This document shows positions 17,757 to 27,023 of a stretch of DNA of 56,631 bases, piece by piece (position 1 is the first letter of the stretch; every line of letters begins with the position of its first letter). The notes beneath the pieces are model-generated. The model did no database searches. It was not told the DNA's origin and saw only the letters and a program-made list of their open reading frames with translations. Position numbers and translations under genes: made by a program. Location: the sequence record SRR22947727_1819; one strand, written 5' to 3'.

Positions 17757-18194
17757 TTATTTTCGTTTATATCCGTCAATGATCGACCTATGGTCATCGG
17801 TAAAGTCATTCATTGCTTTTTTTAGATCTTCGCTGGAAGAACCTAAAACTTGAAAATTTATAATTTCAAATGTTTCTAGAAATTCATCCCGGTGTGCGGC
17901 CTGTAAGAAACTATTCACATGAAACAACGCTGCGGGGTCATCCTTGTAAACCTCCAAGAGTGAAACCTTAGTTCTGTCTTCTGATATAAAATATTTATAG
18001 TAAATGGTTCCAGGTTCTGTTCTTTCAACAGTTTCCGATAAATATGCTACAAATTTATCTAAGTTTTCTGCTTTCTCAGGTGCTACATTCATATCGAGGT
18101 AAAATATAATTGATTTATCCTGATGCTGGTCTGCATAACTCAATATGGGCGATATCATCAAAAACGTAACAACTGTCAAAAATATTTTCTTCAT
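17757..18194 (-). CDS. secreted ABM-domain (dimeric alpha-beta barrel) protein
   Basis: Signal peptide SYA|DQHQ, TEPGTIYY, LLEVYKD..A..FH. Confidence 0.75.
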   Translation of the reverse strand: MKKIFLTVVTFLMISPILSYADQHQDKSIIFYLDMNVAPEKAENLDKFVAYLSETVERTEPGTIYYKYFISEDRTKVSLLEVYKDDPAALFHVNSFLQAAHRDEFLETFEIINFQVLGSSSEDLKKAMNDFTDDHRSIIDGYKRK

Positions 18195-18263
18195 AATTAT
18201 CCTCTATATCCTCATATGATTTATCAAAACATAATGACTATTCATTTATGGGGTCAATAGTTT

Positions 18264-18479
18264 TTATTTAGGCAATAAGAATATGTCCTCTACTTTACAT
18301 TTTAAAATCGTTGATATTTTTAACGCAAGTACGGTAGAGGGTACATAAACTCCATTTTCAACAGCATTTATACTTTTGCGTGAAACGCCTGCAAGTTCGG
18401 ATAATTCTTTCTGCGTGAGCCCTGCTGACCTTCTTAACTCTTCTAAATTATTAAGAAGATTTTTATGATTTTTACCCAT
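18264..18479 (-). CDS. XRE/Cro-C1 HTH transcriptional regulator
   Basis: LTQKELSELAGVSRKSINAVENGVYVPSTVLALKI; start reassigned to ATG 18479, which overlaps the upstream stop. Confidence 0.9.
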   Translation of the reverse strand: MGKNHKNLLNNLEELRRSAGLTQKELSELAGVSRKSINAVENGVYVPSTVLALKISTILKCKVEDIFLLPK

Positions 18480-18678
18480 TGCGGGCCTCTTTGTAATCCC
18501 CAATAGAAAAACAAACCAATAGGACACCAAATATCAGCCAGGCGAAAGATGCAATTTGATAGATCATTGTATTAGCCGTTTGAATGCTCCAATTAGAATA
18601 ATCTTGTATAGAAAAAATTAAAAGAGAGCGTTTAATGTGTGTCATTGTTATGGTGCTCTTATTTCTCAAAGCTTTCAA
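18472..18678 (-). CDS. small membrane protein or remnant in XRE cassette
   Basis: One C-terminal TM segment; stop overlaps the HTH start; start uncertain. Confidence 0.4.
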   Translation of the reverse strand: MKALRNKSTITMTHIKRSLLIFSIQDYSNWSIQTANTMIYQIASFAWLIFGVLLVCFSIGDYKEARNG

Positions 18679-19060
18679 CAGCTTTAGTTATCTCCTCGCT
18701 CTCATTTGGGTAGATATAGCCAGCAACCAAAAGACCAATGCCGATAGAGGATACCAAAAATCCAACTGACTTTAAAATAGGTATGCTTAAAAAGCCAAAA
18801 CCACCTAAACCAAATCCTATAAAAATTAATATAACGCCTCCTTTTCGTAAATCTGTGGGTTTTTTCTCTGCATTTAATTGATCAACTATTTCTCTGACTT
18901 GGTCTGGGTCTTTAATTGCTTGAGCGATATTCACCAGAGTTTCATTTTTGTTTTTATTTATTTTACTTACGTAGTGAAAAACCACCCAAAGAATCAGCGC
19001 GGGGCTTAATATAGCCATATAAGCCGATCCGATAGCTAAAGCCTTTATAGCTTCCTCCAT
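18659..19060 (-). CDS. DUF6249-like membrane protein
   Basis: AAGGAG RBS at ATG 19060; TM, linker, then DLRKGGVILIFIG and two more TM segments. Confidence 0.7.
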   Translation of the reverse strand: MEEAIKALAIGSAYMAILSPALILWVVFHYVSKINKNKNETLVNIAQAIKDPDQVREIVDQLNAEKKPTDLRKGGVILIFIGFGLGGFGFLSIPILKSVGFLVSSIGIGLLVAGYIYPNESEEITKAVESFEK

Positions 19061-19102
19061 TTTATTCTCCTTAAAAATTATTGACATCCGCCAAAATTAA
19101 AA

Positions 19103-19120
19103 TGTAACGTATACTTATCA
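19103..19120. promoter_or_regulatory. possible XRE operator
   Basis: TGTAACGTATACTTATCA, imperfect 18-bp palindrome of the same size and style as the 16287 half-units. Confidence 0.4.
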
Positions 19121-19164
19121 TAAAAAAAAGAGAAGTAAAGGTTACGCGTTAAAAAAATATTATC

Positions 19165-19371
19165 ATGAATAAAATAAAATTCTTCCTCTTCTGGGTTTTT
19201 GGTTTTTTCCTACTTCTGTCTTTTGATCTCTTTGTTGAAGCTTTTGTATTTGAATGGCTGGAGTGGAACGGAACAAATAAAAATGATTGGTTTTTTGCAT
19301 TGTGGTGGGGGACAGTAGTTATATGGTTCCTTTATGGCCTTATTCATTTTTATAAAACTTTTAAAAAGTAG
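19165..19371 (+). CDS. small aromatic-rich membrane protein (2 TM)
   Basis: 68 aa, FEWLEWNGT..NDWFF loop between two TM segments. Confidence 0.65.
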   Translation: MNKIKFFLFWVFGFFLLLSFDLFVEAFVFEWLEWNGTNKNDWFFALWWGTVVIWFLYGLIHFYKTFKK

Positions 19372-19412
19372 CACACCTCAACACATCTCTGAGTTTTATT
19401 AGGAAGTTCGTA

Positions 19413-20261
19413 ATGATTACAGCAATAGACCACATTATCATTGCGGTAGAAAACCTCAAAGAGGCTGAAGCCAACTATGAATTATTATTAGGCCATCCTC
19501 CTGTTTGGAGGGGAACTCACAAGCACCTAGGAACAGAAAATTCATTATTCATATTCAAAAACACATATTTAGAATTACTGGCGCAAAAAGGTAGCGGCAT
19601 GGGAGCAGAGTTAATAAAAAATACTCTTAAAGAAAAGGGTGAAGGCTTATTTGGGCTTGTCTTACAAACGGGAAATATTGATCAAGCAGCTCAAAAACTA
19701 AAAAAATATGACTGTATAGTTGGTCAGCCATTCGAAGGAAGCGGTAAAAACAATACAGACGGTAAAGTGAGAGCGTGGAAAAATCTTTTTTTAACTGATA
19801 AAGTTACCCGGGGGGTATTCTCTTTTTTAATCGAACATAAAAATGGTGGTCTACCCAAGGTAGATAGATATGAGCCCTCAATGATAAATAACCTAGATCA
19901 TGTCGTAATGACCACTTCTGATCCAGATGGTTTTATAAATACATACAAGGGCATATATAAAATTAGGCTCGCCTTAGACAAATATGTTGAATCTCTTAAA
20001 TCACGAGTGCTTTTTTTTAGGCTTAATAAAACAACCTTAGAAGTAGTAGTGACTGAAAAGTCTAAAGTGATGCCAGACAGCCTTTGGGGCTTAGCTTGGG
20101 GAGTGGACTCTATTAAAGAAACACGCAATAGACTCATCAGCAAAGATATAAAAGTTTCCTCTGTAAAAAAAGGTATGAAAGAAGGAACACTTGTTGCAAC
20201 AGTGAAATCAAACACACATAATGTACCCACATTATTAATAGAGCACATAAAGGAAAAATAA
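19413..20261 (+). CDS. VOC/glyoxalase-like protein (two domains)
   Basis: IDHIIIAVENL, YLELL, LDHVVM, TLEVV, LLIE. Confidence 0.85.
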   Translation: MITAIDHIIIAVENLKEAEANYELLLGHPPVWRGTHKHLGTENSLFIFKNTYLELLAQKGSGMGAELIKNTLKEKGEGLFGLVLQTGNIDQAAQKLKKYDCIVGQPFEGSGKNNTDGKVRAWKNLFLTDKVTRGVFSFLIEHKNGGLPKVDRYEPSMINNLDHVVMTTSDPDGFINTYKGIYKIRLALDKYVESLKSRVLFFRLNKTTLEVVVTEKSKVMPDSLWGLAWGVDSIKETRNRLISKDIKVSSVKKGMKEGTLVATVKSNTHNVPTLLIEHIKEK

Positions 20262-20323
20262 ATTTGTCTTTTATGCCAACAAAAAAGCGTTACACTTTAT
20301 AGTACTGACTTTAGGATGAAAAA

Positions 20324-20518
20324 ATGATCTCTCGAATTGAACGCTTATTAAATATTGATTCGGAAAAAGCTAAAATTTTAGCTTTAAAAATTAGTCAGAG
20401 AGTCGTGGCGTTAGAGGGCAGCTCAATGAGTAAAAAAAAGAAATTAAAAACTGTTCTCAAAGAACTCGGTTGGTCAAATAAAAATATCGAACATTTTGTT
20501 TATGGTCCGCCTAAGTAA
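20324..20518 (+). CDS. small basic hypothetical protein
   Basis: 64 aa, AGGA RBS, directly upstream of galU. Confidence 0.5.
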   Translation: MISRIERLLNIDSEKAKILALKISQRVVALEGSSMSKKKKLKTVLKELGWSNKNIEHFVYGPPK

Positions 20519-20552
20519 TAAGGAATATATTTCAAAAAGGCACGTGTAAATT

Positions 20553-21422
20553 ATGAAAAAAATCCGAAAAGCAGTACTGCCTGTAGCTGGTTTTGGCACA
20601 AGGGTTTTACCCGCCACTAAAACAATTCCAAAAGAAATGCTGCCAATAATTGACAGGCCGGCCCTACAATATGTCATAGATGAAGCTAAAGAAGCAGGAA
20701 TTGAGCACTTTGTATTTGTTACAGGCCGTAACAAAGGTGCAATAGAGGACTACTTTGATCGAGCTTATGAGTTAGAATATAGTCTTCGCGAAAAAGGTAA
20801 AACAGATATATATGATCAACTCAATAACGATACCCCTACACCTGGCTCCATGTCATTTGTTCGTCAACAAAGTGCAAAAGGGCTAGGTCACGCTATATGG
20901 TGTGCAAGGGAAATTATAGGCGGGGACCCCTTTGCTATTTTACTACCAGATGTACTTATAAAATCTAGAAAATCATGCTTGGCACAAATGATAGAAGCGT
21001 ACGAAAAGGTAGGAAGCAACATCATTGCTGTTGATTCAATTCCGAACGAACAAGTATCAAAATACGGGGTCATAAGCCCGCAGAAAAGAGATGGGAGTAT
21101 TATTCATATATCTGGAATGGTTGAAAAGCCTAACCCTGCATCAGCACCATCAAATCTAAAAATAACTGGGCGCTATATTCTACAACCAGAAATCATGAAT
21201 ATATTAGAAAATCAATTAGCTGGTGTTAATGATGAAATACAACTCACAGACGCCATGGTAACGCTCATGCAAAATCAAGAGTTTTACGCCTATGAATACG
21301 AAGGTCAGGATTATGATTGTGGCAGTAAGTTAGGCTATTTTGAAGCTGTATTAGCTTATGCTAAGGATCATACAGAAATAGGCGAACAAGCGCAATCAAT
21401 GATAAACCGTTTCAGCGAATAA
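20553..21422 (+). CDS. galU: UTP--glucose-1-phosphate uridylyltransferase
   Basis: KAVLPVAGFGTRVLPATKTIPKEMLP, GLGHA, VEKP, EIQLTDA. Confidence 0.96.
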   Translation: MKKIRKAVLPVAGFGTRVLPATKTIPKEMLPIIDRPALQYVIDEAKEAGIEHFVFVTGRNKGAIEDYFDRAYELEYSLREKGKTDIYDQLNNDTPTPGSMSFVRQQSAKGLGHAIWCAREIIGGDPFAILLPDVLIKSRKSCLAQMIEAYEKVGSNIIAVDSIPNEQVSKYGVISPQKRDGSIIHISGMVEKPNPASAPSNLKITGRYILQPEIMNILENQLAGVNDEIQLTDAMVTLMQNQEFYAYEYEGQDYDCGSKLGYFEAVLAYAKDHTEIGEQAQSMINRFSE

Positions 21423-21451
21423 ATTCAATTCAAGCTTACACATCGTAAAGT

Positions 21452-22405
21452 TTAATAATTCTTATACCAGTCTACGAAACTTTTTACTCCATCTTTAAGT
21501 GTAACTCTCGGAGCAAAATTAAAGTCTCGCACAGCTGCATTTATATCAGCATAGGTATGACTAACATCTCCATTTTGTTTTTCTAGAATCACTTTTTGGG
21601 TTGATGCTCCGCAGGCAATTTCAACAGCCTCAACTAGTTGCATCAATGTATTTGGACTAGAGTTGCCTAAATTATATAATGCATGTCCATTGCTTGGAGT
21701 GGACTCTAAAATTTGAGGGAGTATCTCTACAATATCATCTATATAGGTAAAATCGCGTATCATTTCCTTTGGTGAGAAAAGCTCTATTGTCTCTTTTTTA
21801 AAAATTTTATCCGTAAAGATATAATATGCCATATCAGGACGGCCCCATGGGCCATATACAGTAAAAAAACGAAGACCTGTCTGGTTAATGCCGTAAAGTT
21901 TACTATAACTTTGCGCTATCATTTCACCACTAATTTTTGTAGCGGCATATAGTGATGCCGGTGAATTTACGTTGTCCGTCTCTTTAAATGGCAGCCTAGA
22001 GCTATCTCCGTAAACTGAAGAAGAAGATGCATAGACAACATGTTTTAATGTTGGTCTATTACGAGCTAATTCCAATATATTTAAATGCCCCAATACGTTC
22101 GACCTTATATACGAGCGAGGCTTCTCTAACGAAAACCTTACACCGGCTTGAGCTGCTAAATGTAATATATAGTTTATTTCCTTATCTTGAGTAATACTTA
22201 CCAAAGCATCGTAATCTGCTATATCAACTTTATAAAATTCAAAGTTTTTATGAGACTGAAGATGACCTAAGCGGGCATTCTTCAAAGCCACTTCGTAGTA
22301 ATCATTGAGACTATCTAGACCAATTACCGTATACCCAAGCGATAAAAACCGTTTGGCTGCATGAAAACCAATAAATCCCGCTGCGCCTGTTATAAGAATA
22401 ATCAA
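21452..22405 (-). CDS. NAD-dependent epimerase (UDP-glucuronate 4-epimerase-like)
   Basis: TGAAGFIG, HLAAQAGVR, YAATK, LRFFTVYGPWGRPDMA. Confidence 0.92.
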   Translation of the reverse strand: MIILITGAAGFIGFHAAKRFLSLGYTVIGLDSLNDYYEVALKNARLGHLQSHKNFEFYKVDIADYDALVSITQDKEINYILHLAAQAGVRFSLEKPRSYIRSNVLGHLNILELARNRPTLKHVVYASSSSVYGDSSRLPFKETDNVNSPASLYAATKISGEMIAQSYSKLYGINQTGLRFFTVYGPWGRPDMAYYIFTDKIFKKETIELFSPKEMIRDFTYIDDIVEILPQILESTPSNGHALYNLGNSSPNTLMQLVEAVEIACGASTQKVILEKQNGDVSHTYADINAAVRDFNFAPRVTLKDGVKSFVDWYKNY

Positions 22406-22417
22406 GTTACTAGTTTT

Positions 22418-23032
22418 CTAATTATTGCCATCACTGCATTTACTGTTTGAGTTCATAGTTTTATCCAAAACCTTTACTTTAATATATCTAAGATCCATAA
22501 GTTTTTTTTCACCACGCACGCCCGGCCATATCCCTAAATAATCAATATCTGGTTCACTTTGTGAGGAAGCAGGAGTGAAATACAGAACATAGTCTCTCCA
22601 GACATTTGTTAATTTACGGGTTTTCCATCCGCTATCTCCTGCTCCTGCAGTAAAATAACCCATATCAAATTCATCCAATGCATATGCCCTGCTTTTTCGT
22701 GCACTGACGGTCATTGATAATGCTCTCCCCCCCAAAACTCTTTCATAATCAGGACCTAAAACAGCAAAAATACCGGCTGAGGCTTGCGCATTTACCCTAG
22801 GCACATGTGATGAAGCTGTAATATATGCTGGGGAAGACTGCGAGGCGGCCATAAAAGTAAAGCTTGTACCAGGAGATGAAGTTAGGTTTTTTAATTCTTT
22901 GCCCTGAGCAATAAACCCGTTTTCTACTATGCATTCGTCACTTACTTTAATCTCGGTTGAGTGCATCATTGCGATCAAAATACTAGTAGCTATAAAAGTA
23001 GCTGAAAGTGTATAAAAATAAAAGTCTTTCAT
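22418..23032 (-). CDS. hypothetical membrane-anchored protein (possible carbohydrate-binding beta-sandwich)
   Basis: N-terminal TM segment; GDSGW..LT..W.DY..F and DYLGIWP; co-oriented with the epimerase. Confidence 0.6.
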   Translation of the reverse strand: MKDFYFYTLSATFIATSILIAMMHSTEIKVSDECIVENGFIAQGKELKNLTSSPGTSFTFMAASQSSPAYITASSHVPRVNAQASAGIFAVLGPDYERVLGGRALSMTVSARKSRAYALDEFDMGYFTAGAGDSGWKTRKLTNVWRDYVLYFTPASSQSEPDIDYLGIWPGVRGEKKLMDLRYIKVKVLDKTMNSNSKCSDGNN

Positions 23033-23131
23033 TGTTATTACCTAATCCCGAAAAATCTTTTTGTTAAGCACTTATTAAAACAAGTGAATTTCAGGCTTTT
23101 ATATAGTTACTACCTGATGTAGATAATAACA

Positions 23132-24583
23132 ATGCTCGATCTGCGTCCTGTATTTTTTATTGTTGGCTTAATGATCTCCACATTGGGTATAGCAATGTTT
23201 ATTCCGATGATTGTTGATCTTTTATACAACGATTACTCTTGGAGAGCTTTTGGCATCTCTGGGATCTTAACTGCACTTTTTGGTGGTTCATTAGCCCTAT
23301 CTACTTACACACCCAATCCTGATATGCGAGCACGCGAAGCTTTCTTATTAACGGTGCTAAGCTGGGTATCTTTATCTATATTCGCAGCAGTTCCTTTCAT
23401 CATGGAACCATTAAAGTTAAGCATTACAGATGCTTTATTTGAGGCAACCTCAGGAATAACAACAACAGGTTCAACTGTGTTGCTGGGACTTGATGATATG
23501 CCAAAGGGCATACTTATGTGGAGATCCATCCTTCAATGGATTGGAGGTATAGGTATTGTTGTAACCGCTATGGCAGTTCTACCCATGCTAAAAATCGGCG
23601 GAATGCAACTATTTCGACTCGAGAGCTCAGATATGGGTGAAAAAATATTACCAAAGGCAGCCTCTCTTGCTGCTGGCATAAGCGGAATTTATTTTACACT
23701 TACAATACTATGCATGTTTGGTTACATCGCAACAGGAATGAATGGTTTTGACGCCATTTCTCATGCAATGACAACATTAGCAACTGGTGGATTCTCTACC
23801 TCAGATACATCAATGGGTGGTTTCATGGACAATGGAGCGGATCTTATTTGTATCTTTTTTATGATGGCAGCCGCAATTCCCTTTGGTGTATATTTACTAA
23901 TTATTACCAGGGGCGACTGGGTAGCACCATTTCGTGACAGCCAAGTAAGGGCCTTTATAGCTTTGATATTGACACTTATATCTCTTGTTACTTTATACTT
24001 ATGGCTAAATTCTGAATTAACAGGCAGCAGAGCCCTAAGGTTGTCGGCATTTAACGTTATATCAATTGTTACGGGCACAGGCTTTGCCACTGCAGATTAT
24101 AATACTTGGGGGCCATTTGCTGTTAGTGCTTTTTTTGCCTTTATGTTTATTGGCGGCTGCGCTGGCTCTACAGCATGCTCAATTAAAATTTTCCGTTACC
24201 AAGTCGCATTTGAAGGGTTAAGGTCTTATCTCTTTAAAATGCCTCGGCAACACTCTGTAACACCATTAAGGTATGGAGGTAAAATTTTACCAGAAGCAGT
24301 ATTGTTTTCAGTTATGGGCTATTTCTTTTTATTTTTTATGACCTTCGCATTTGCAGCCATATCACTTTCTATTATTGGACTCGACCCCATAACAGCTTGG
24401 TCGGGGGCGGGAAGTTCACTGGCAAATGTTGGCCCAGGCCTTGGAAGCATCATCGGTCCGTCGGGGTCTTATCAGGTTCTTCCTAACGAAGCCAAATGGG
24501 TTTTGATGACAGCAATGATTGTAGGACGTTTGGAAATTGTTACGGCCCTTGTTGTTTTAACTCCAAGTTTTTGGAGAAGCTAG
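23132..24583 (+). CDS. trkH: Trk system potassium uptake membrane protein
   Basis: FEATSGITTTGST, TLATGGFS, TGTGF, GGCAGST, NVGPG, GRLE. Confidence 0.95.
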   Translation: MLDLRPVFFIVGLMISTLGIAMFIPMIVDLLYNDYSWRAFGISGILTALFGGSLALSTYTPNPDMRAREAFLLTVLSWVSLSIFAAVPFIMEPLKLSITDALFEATSGITTTGSTVLLGLDDMPKGILMWRSILQWIGGIGIVVTAMAVLPMLKIGGMQLFRLESSDMGEKILPKAASLAAGISGIYFTLTILCMFGYIATGMNGFDAISHAMTTLATGGFSTSDTSMGGFMDNGADLICIFFMMAAAIPFGVYLLIITRGDWVAPFRDSQVRAFIALILTLISLVTLYLWLNSELTGSRALRLSAFNVISIVTGTGFATADYNTWGPFAVSAFFAFMFIGGCAGSTACSIKIFRYQVAFEGLRSYLFKMPRQHSVTPLRYGGKILPEAVLFSVMGYFFLFFMTFAFAAISLSIIGLDPITAWSGAGSSLANVGPGLGSIIGPSGSYQVLPNEAKWVLMTAMIVGRLEIVTALVVLTPSFWRS

Positions 24584-25476
24584 ATTTCCTCTAAGGGAAA
24601 GATATAAGTAGCATCACAAAACTCACAATTAGCACTTATGGCTCCAGCTTCCGCCATATCCTTTAAAGCGCTCTTATCAAATGATTTCAAAGTTTTTTCT
24701 AGTCTTTCGCGAGAACATTTACATCTAGCTTCCACCGCTGCGGTATCAACAACACGAACTCCATTTTCATGAAAAAGTCTGTAAAGTAATGCCTCTTGGC
24801 TTAAATTTGGATCAAGTAATTCTGAGTCGGTAATAGTATTAAATAGAGCTCTAGCTGTATCCCATTCCTCATCAGTATGTCCTCGCGTCTTATCTCCTGC
24901 GATTTTTTGGATCATAAGCCCGCCACCGCGCCGCTGAGAGTCTAAGCCTGGCACCTGAAGAATTCCACAGGCAAGTCTTATTTCAGTTGGTATTTGCTCT
25001 GAGTGTTTAAAATAATGCTCTGCACAATCAGATAGTCTTTCGCCTTCAACTGCTGTTAATCCTTGATATTGATCCATATCAGCCCCTTGATCTATGGTCA
25101 TAGAAAAAGTACCGCCTCCCAATAATTTATTTGCGCCCAAATGATTATTATCTAACTTTAATTCTTTAAGCTTTTCATCATCCCACCTTGCATACCCTCT
25201 TATATGGCCGTCAGTCGTACAATCACTCATCAACAGGCTAACAGCGCCTGTGTTTGTACCATGACACTGTATTACAAGACGCCCTTTAAATTTTAAAGAT
25301 TGAGCCACAAGTGATGACAAAAGCATTGCCTCCCCTAACAAGTTCGCAACTAAATCGGGGTATCGAGATCCAAGGGCTTTATCTAAAGCGGCGCCTAACT
25401 TTACTATGCGCCCACGAACAGGCTGAGCATCAAGTTGATAAACCGTTACAATATTATCTGGTATTTTATCTATCAT
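24580..25476 (-). CDS. hslO: Hsp33 redox-regulated chaperone
   Basis: YQG, YFKHSEQIPT, CKCS and CEFC zinc motif; start probably ATG 25476. Confidence 0.93.
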   Translation of the reverse strand: MIDKIPDNIVTVYQLDAQPVRGRIVKLGAALDKALGSRYPDLVANLLGEAMLLSSLVAQSLKFKGRLVIQCHGTNTGAVSLLMSDCTTDGHIRGYARWDDEKLKELKLDNNHLGANKLLGGGTFSMTIDQGADMDQYQGLTAVEGERLSDCAEHYFKHSEQIPTEIRLACGILQVPGLDSQRRGGGLMIQKIAGDKTRGHTDEEWDTARALFNTITDSELLDPNLSQEALLYRLFHENGVRVVDTAAVEARCKCSRERLEKTLKSFDKSALKDMAEAGAISANCEFCDATYIFPLEEI

Positions 25477-25540
25477 GAATTGCAAATGAAGCATGGATTA
25501 AGGCTTTGCAAGTATTTAGGGGGTCTTAGGAAATAATTAT

Positions 25541-26416
25541 TTATAAATTAAAAGCTATAACCTCTTTTACTATTGAATTAATTATTAGATTTATGTGACT
25601 CTCAAGCCTTTCAAAGCTAGATTTTTTTTCTAAGGTTATAGGGTTGAGGTACAGGTCACGATTAATTTCAATTTGTATTGTATCGATATTCTCATGTGGC
25701 TTACCATAGTGTTCAGTAACAAAACCACCTGCATATGGATAATTACGGCTAACACTGTAGCCTAAGTCTTGGAAACACTTTTCAACCAACGCAACTATTT
25801 TTGGGGAACAAGATTTTCCGAATCTATCACCTAAAATAACATCAGATCTCCGAGAACCCATCGAGTTGAAACCTGGCATAGAGTGACAATCTATTAACAA
25901 AGCTCTTCCGAACAAGGAAAGAGATTCGCCAATTAGACACTGTAAGGCCTTATGATAAGGGTGATATAACTCTTTAATTCTAACTTTTGCTGCAGAAAGG
26001 GATAATGGTTCAGAATAAATATTTATAGAATCAGAAAGCATAGTAGGAACAACACCCATGCCAATTTCTGCCCTTGGAGAAGCTATCTTTCCATCAGTTC
26101 GCCAAAAGCTTGGTAGCTCATCTGAAGCTCTATTAACATCAACAAAACACCTAGGAAAATTAGCGACTATAAGCGGCGCCCCCAAATCAGGTGCTGAGGC
26201 AAAAAGGTTTGTTATGAAGGCATCCTCATTACGTCTTAAGTGCCTAACTTCTAAATCTGATCTTTCTAGAAGTGCATCAGGGTATAAACTTCCGGAGTGG
26301 GCAGAGGCAAAAATAATACCACCCCTCCATTTCTTAGCCCTATTTATAATAGCTGGGGGATAAAATTTATTAATACAATTTTGCTCAAATTGTTTTTCTT
26401 TTATTTGCGTATTCAT
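25541..26416 (-). CDS. N-formylglutamate amidohydrolase
   Basis: SAHSG, ED, RCFVDVNR, LIDCHSMP, NYPYAGG, QIEINR. Confidence 0.9.
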   Translation of the reverse strand: MNTQIKEKQFEQNCINKFYPPAIINRAKKWRGGIIFASAHSGSLYPDALLERSDLEVRHLRRNEDAFITNLFASAPDLGAPLIVANFPRCFVDVNRASDELPSFWRTDGKIASPRAEIGMGVVPTMLSDSINIYSEPLSLSAAKVRIKELYHPYHKALQCLIGESLSLFGRALLIDCHSMPGFNSMGSRRSDVILGDRFGKSCSPKIVALVEKCFQDLGYSVSRNYPYAGGFVTEHYGKPHENIDTIQIEINRDLYLNPITLEKKSSFERLESHINLIINSIVKEVIAFNL

Positions 26417-26490
26417 TATATTTTTATATTACATAAATACTTCTTTAATAAGAATTAAATTTCATGTTAAAGAGATATTAGAGGTAAAAA

Positions 26491-26850
26491 ATGGCTACTA
26501 TCTTGTACGCAGAAGATGATGACGCAATGAGAGCTTTTTTTGAGAAAGCATTGGAGAAAGATGGACATCAAGTAATTTCTTGCTCTGATGGCCAGAAAGC
26601 TTTGCGTGCATTGAAATTTGCTGAGGGTGCTTTTGACTTATTGCTAACTGATATAATGATGCCCGAAATTGATGGAATAGCGCTTGCTAAAAAGGCAGCA
26701 AAGATCTCACCAGGAATAAAAATCATTTTTATTACAGGTTTTGCTTCAGTCGCGATAAATGATAAAGAAATAGATGAACAAATTGTTCTTTCTAAACCTG
26801 TTCATTTAAGGCAACTCGTAAATGAAGTTAATAAGCTTATTGCAGCATGA
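26491..26850 (+). CDS. cpdR: single-domain response regulator CpdR
   Basis: AEDDDAMRAF, LLTDIMMPEIDG, FITGFASVA, LSKPVHLRQLV; synteny with N-formylglutamate amidohydrolase and tRNA-Val. Confidence 0.8.
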   Translation: MATILYAEDDDAMRAFFEKALEKDGHQVISCSDGQKALRALKFAEGAFDLLLTDIMMPEIDGIALAKKAAKISPGIKIIFITGFASVAINDKEIDEQIVLSKPVHLRQLVNEVNKLIAA

Positions 26851-26866
26851 AGAGTTTAAATAAGTC

Positions 26867-26895
26867 TTGAAAACGATAATAAGCAACTCTATACG
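26867..26895 (+). promoter_or_regulatory. sigma70 promoter of tRNA-Val
   Basis: TTGAAA-N17-TATACG about 25 nt upstream of the tRNA. Confidence 0.45.
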
Positions 26896-26919
26896 CCGGA
26901 GATTATATCCTTAAGGTTA

Positions 26920-26994
26920 GCGCGATTAGCTCAGCGGGAGAGCACTACATTGACATTGTAGGGGTCACTGGTTCAATCCCAGTATCGCGCACCA
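26920..26994 (+). tRNA. tRNA-Val(GAC)
   Basis: Acceptor GCGCGAT/ATCGCGC, anticodon arm CTACA-TTGACAT-TGTAG, GGTTCAATCC T-loop, encoded CCA. Confidence 0.96.
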
Positions 26995-27023
26995 CTAATG
27001 TAAACAGTTTTAGGAAAAACCAA

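Noticed and set aside
52-20518. Integron cassette array or CRISPR array in the accessory regions
   Set aside because: No recurring attC-like or direct-repeat/spacer units were found between genes, gene orientations are mixed, and there is no intI or cas gene.
26445-26470. CtrA box upstream of cpdR
   Set aside because: The TTAA half-sites are spaced by 6 and 8 nt rather than 7, in very AT-rich DNA, so it is not supportable.
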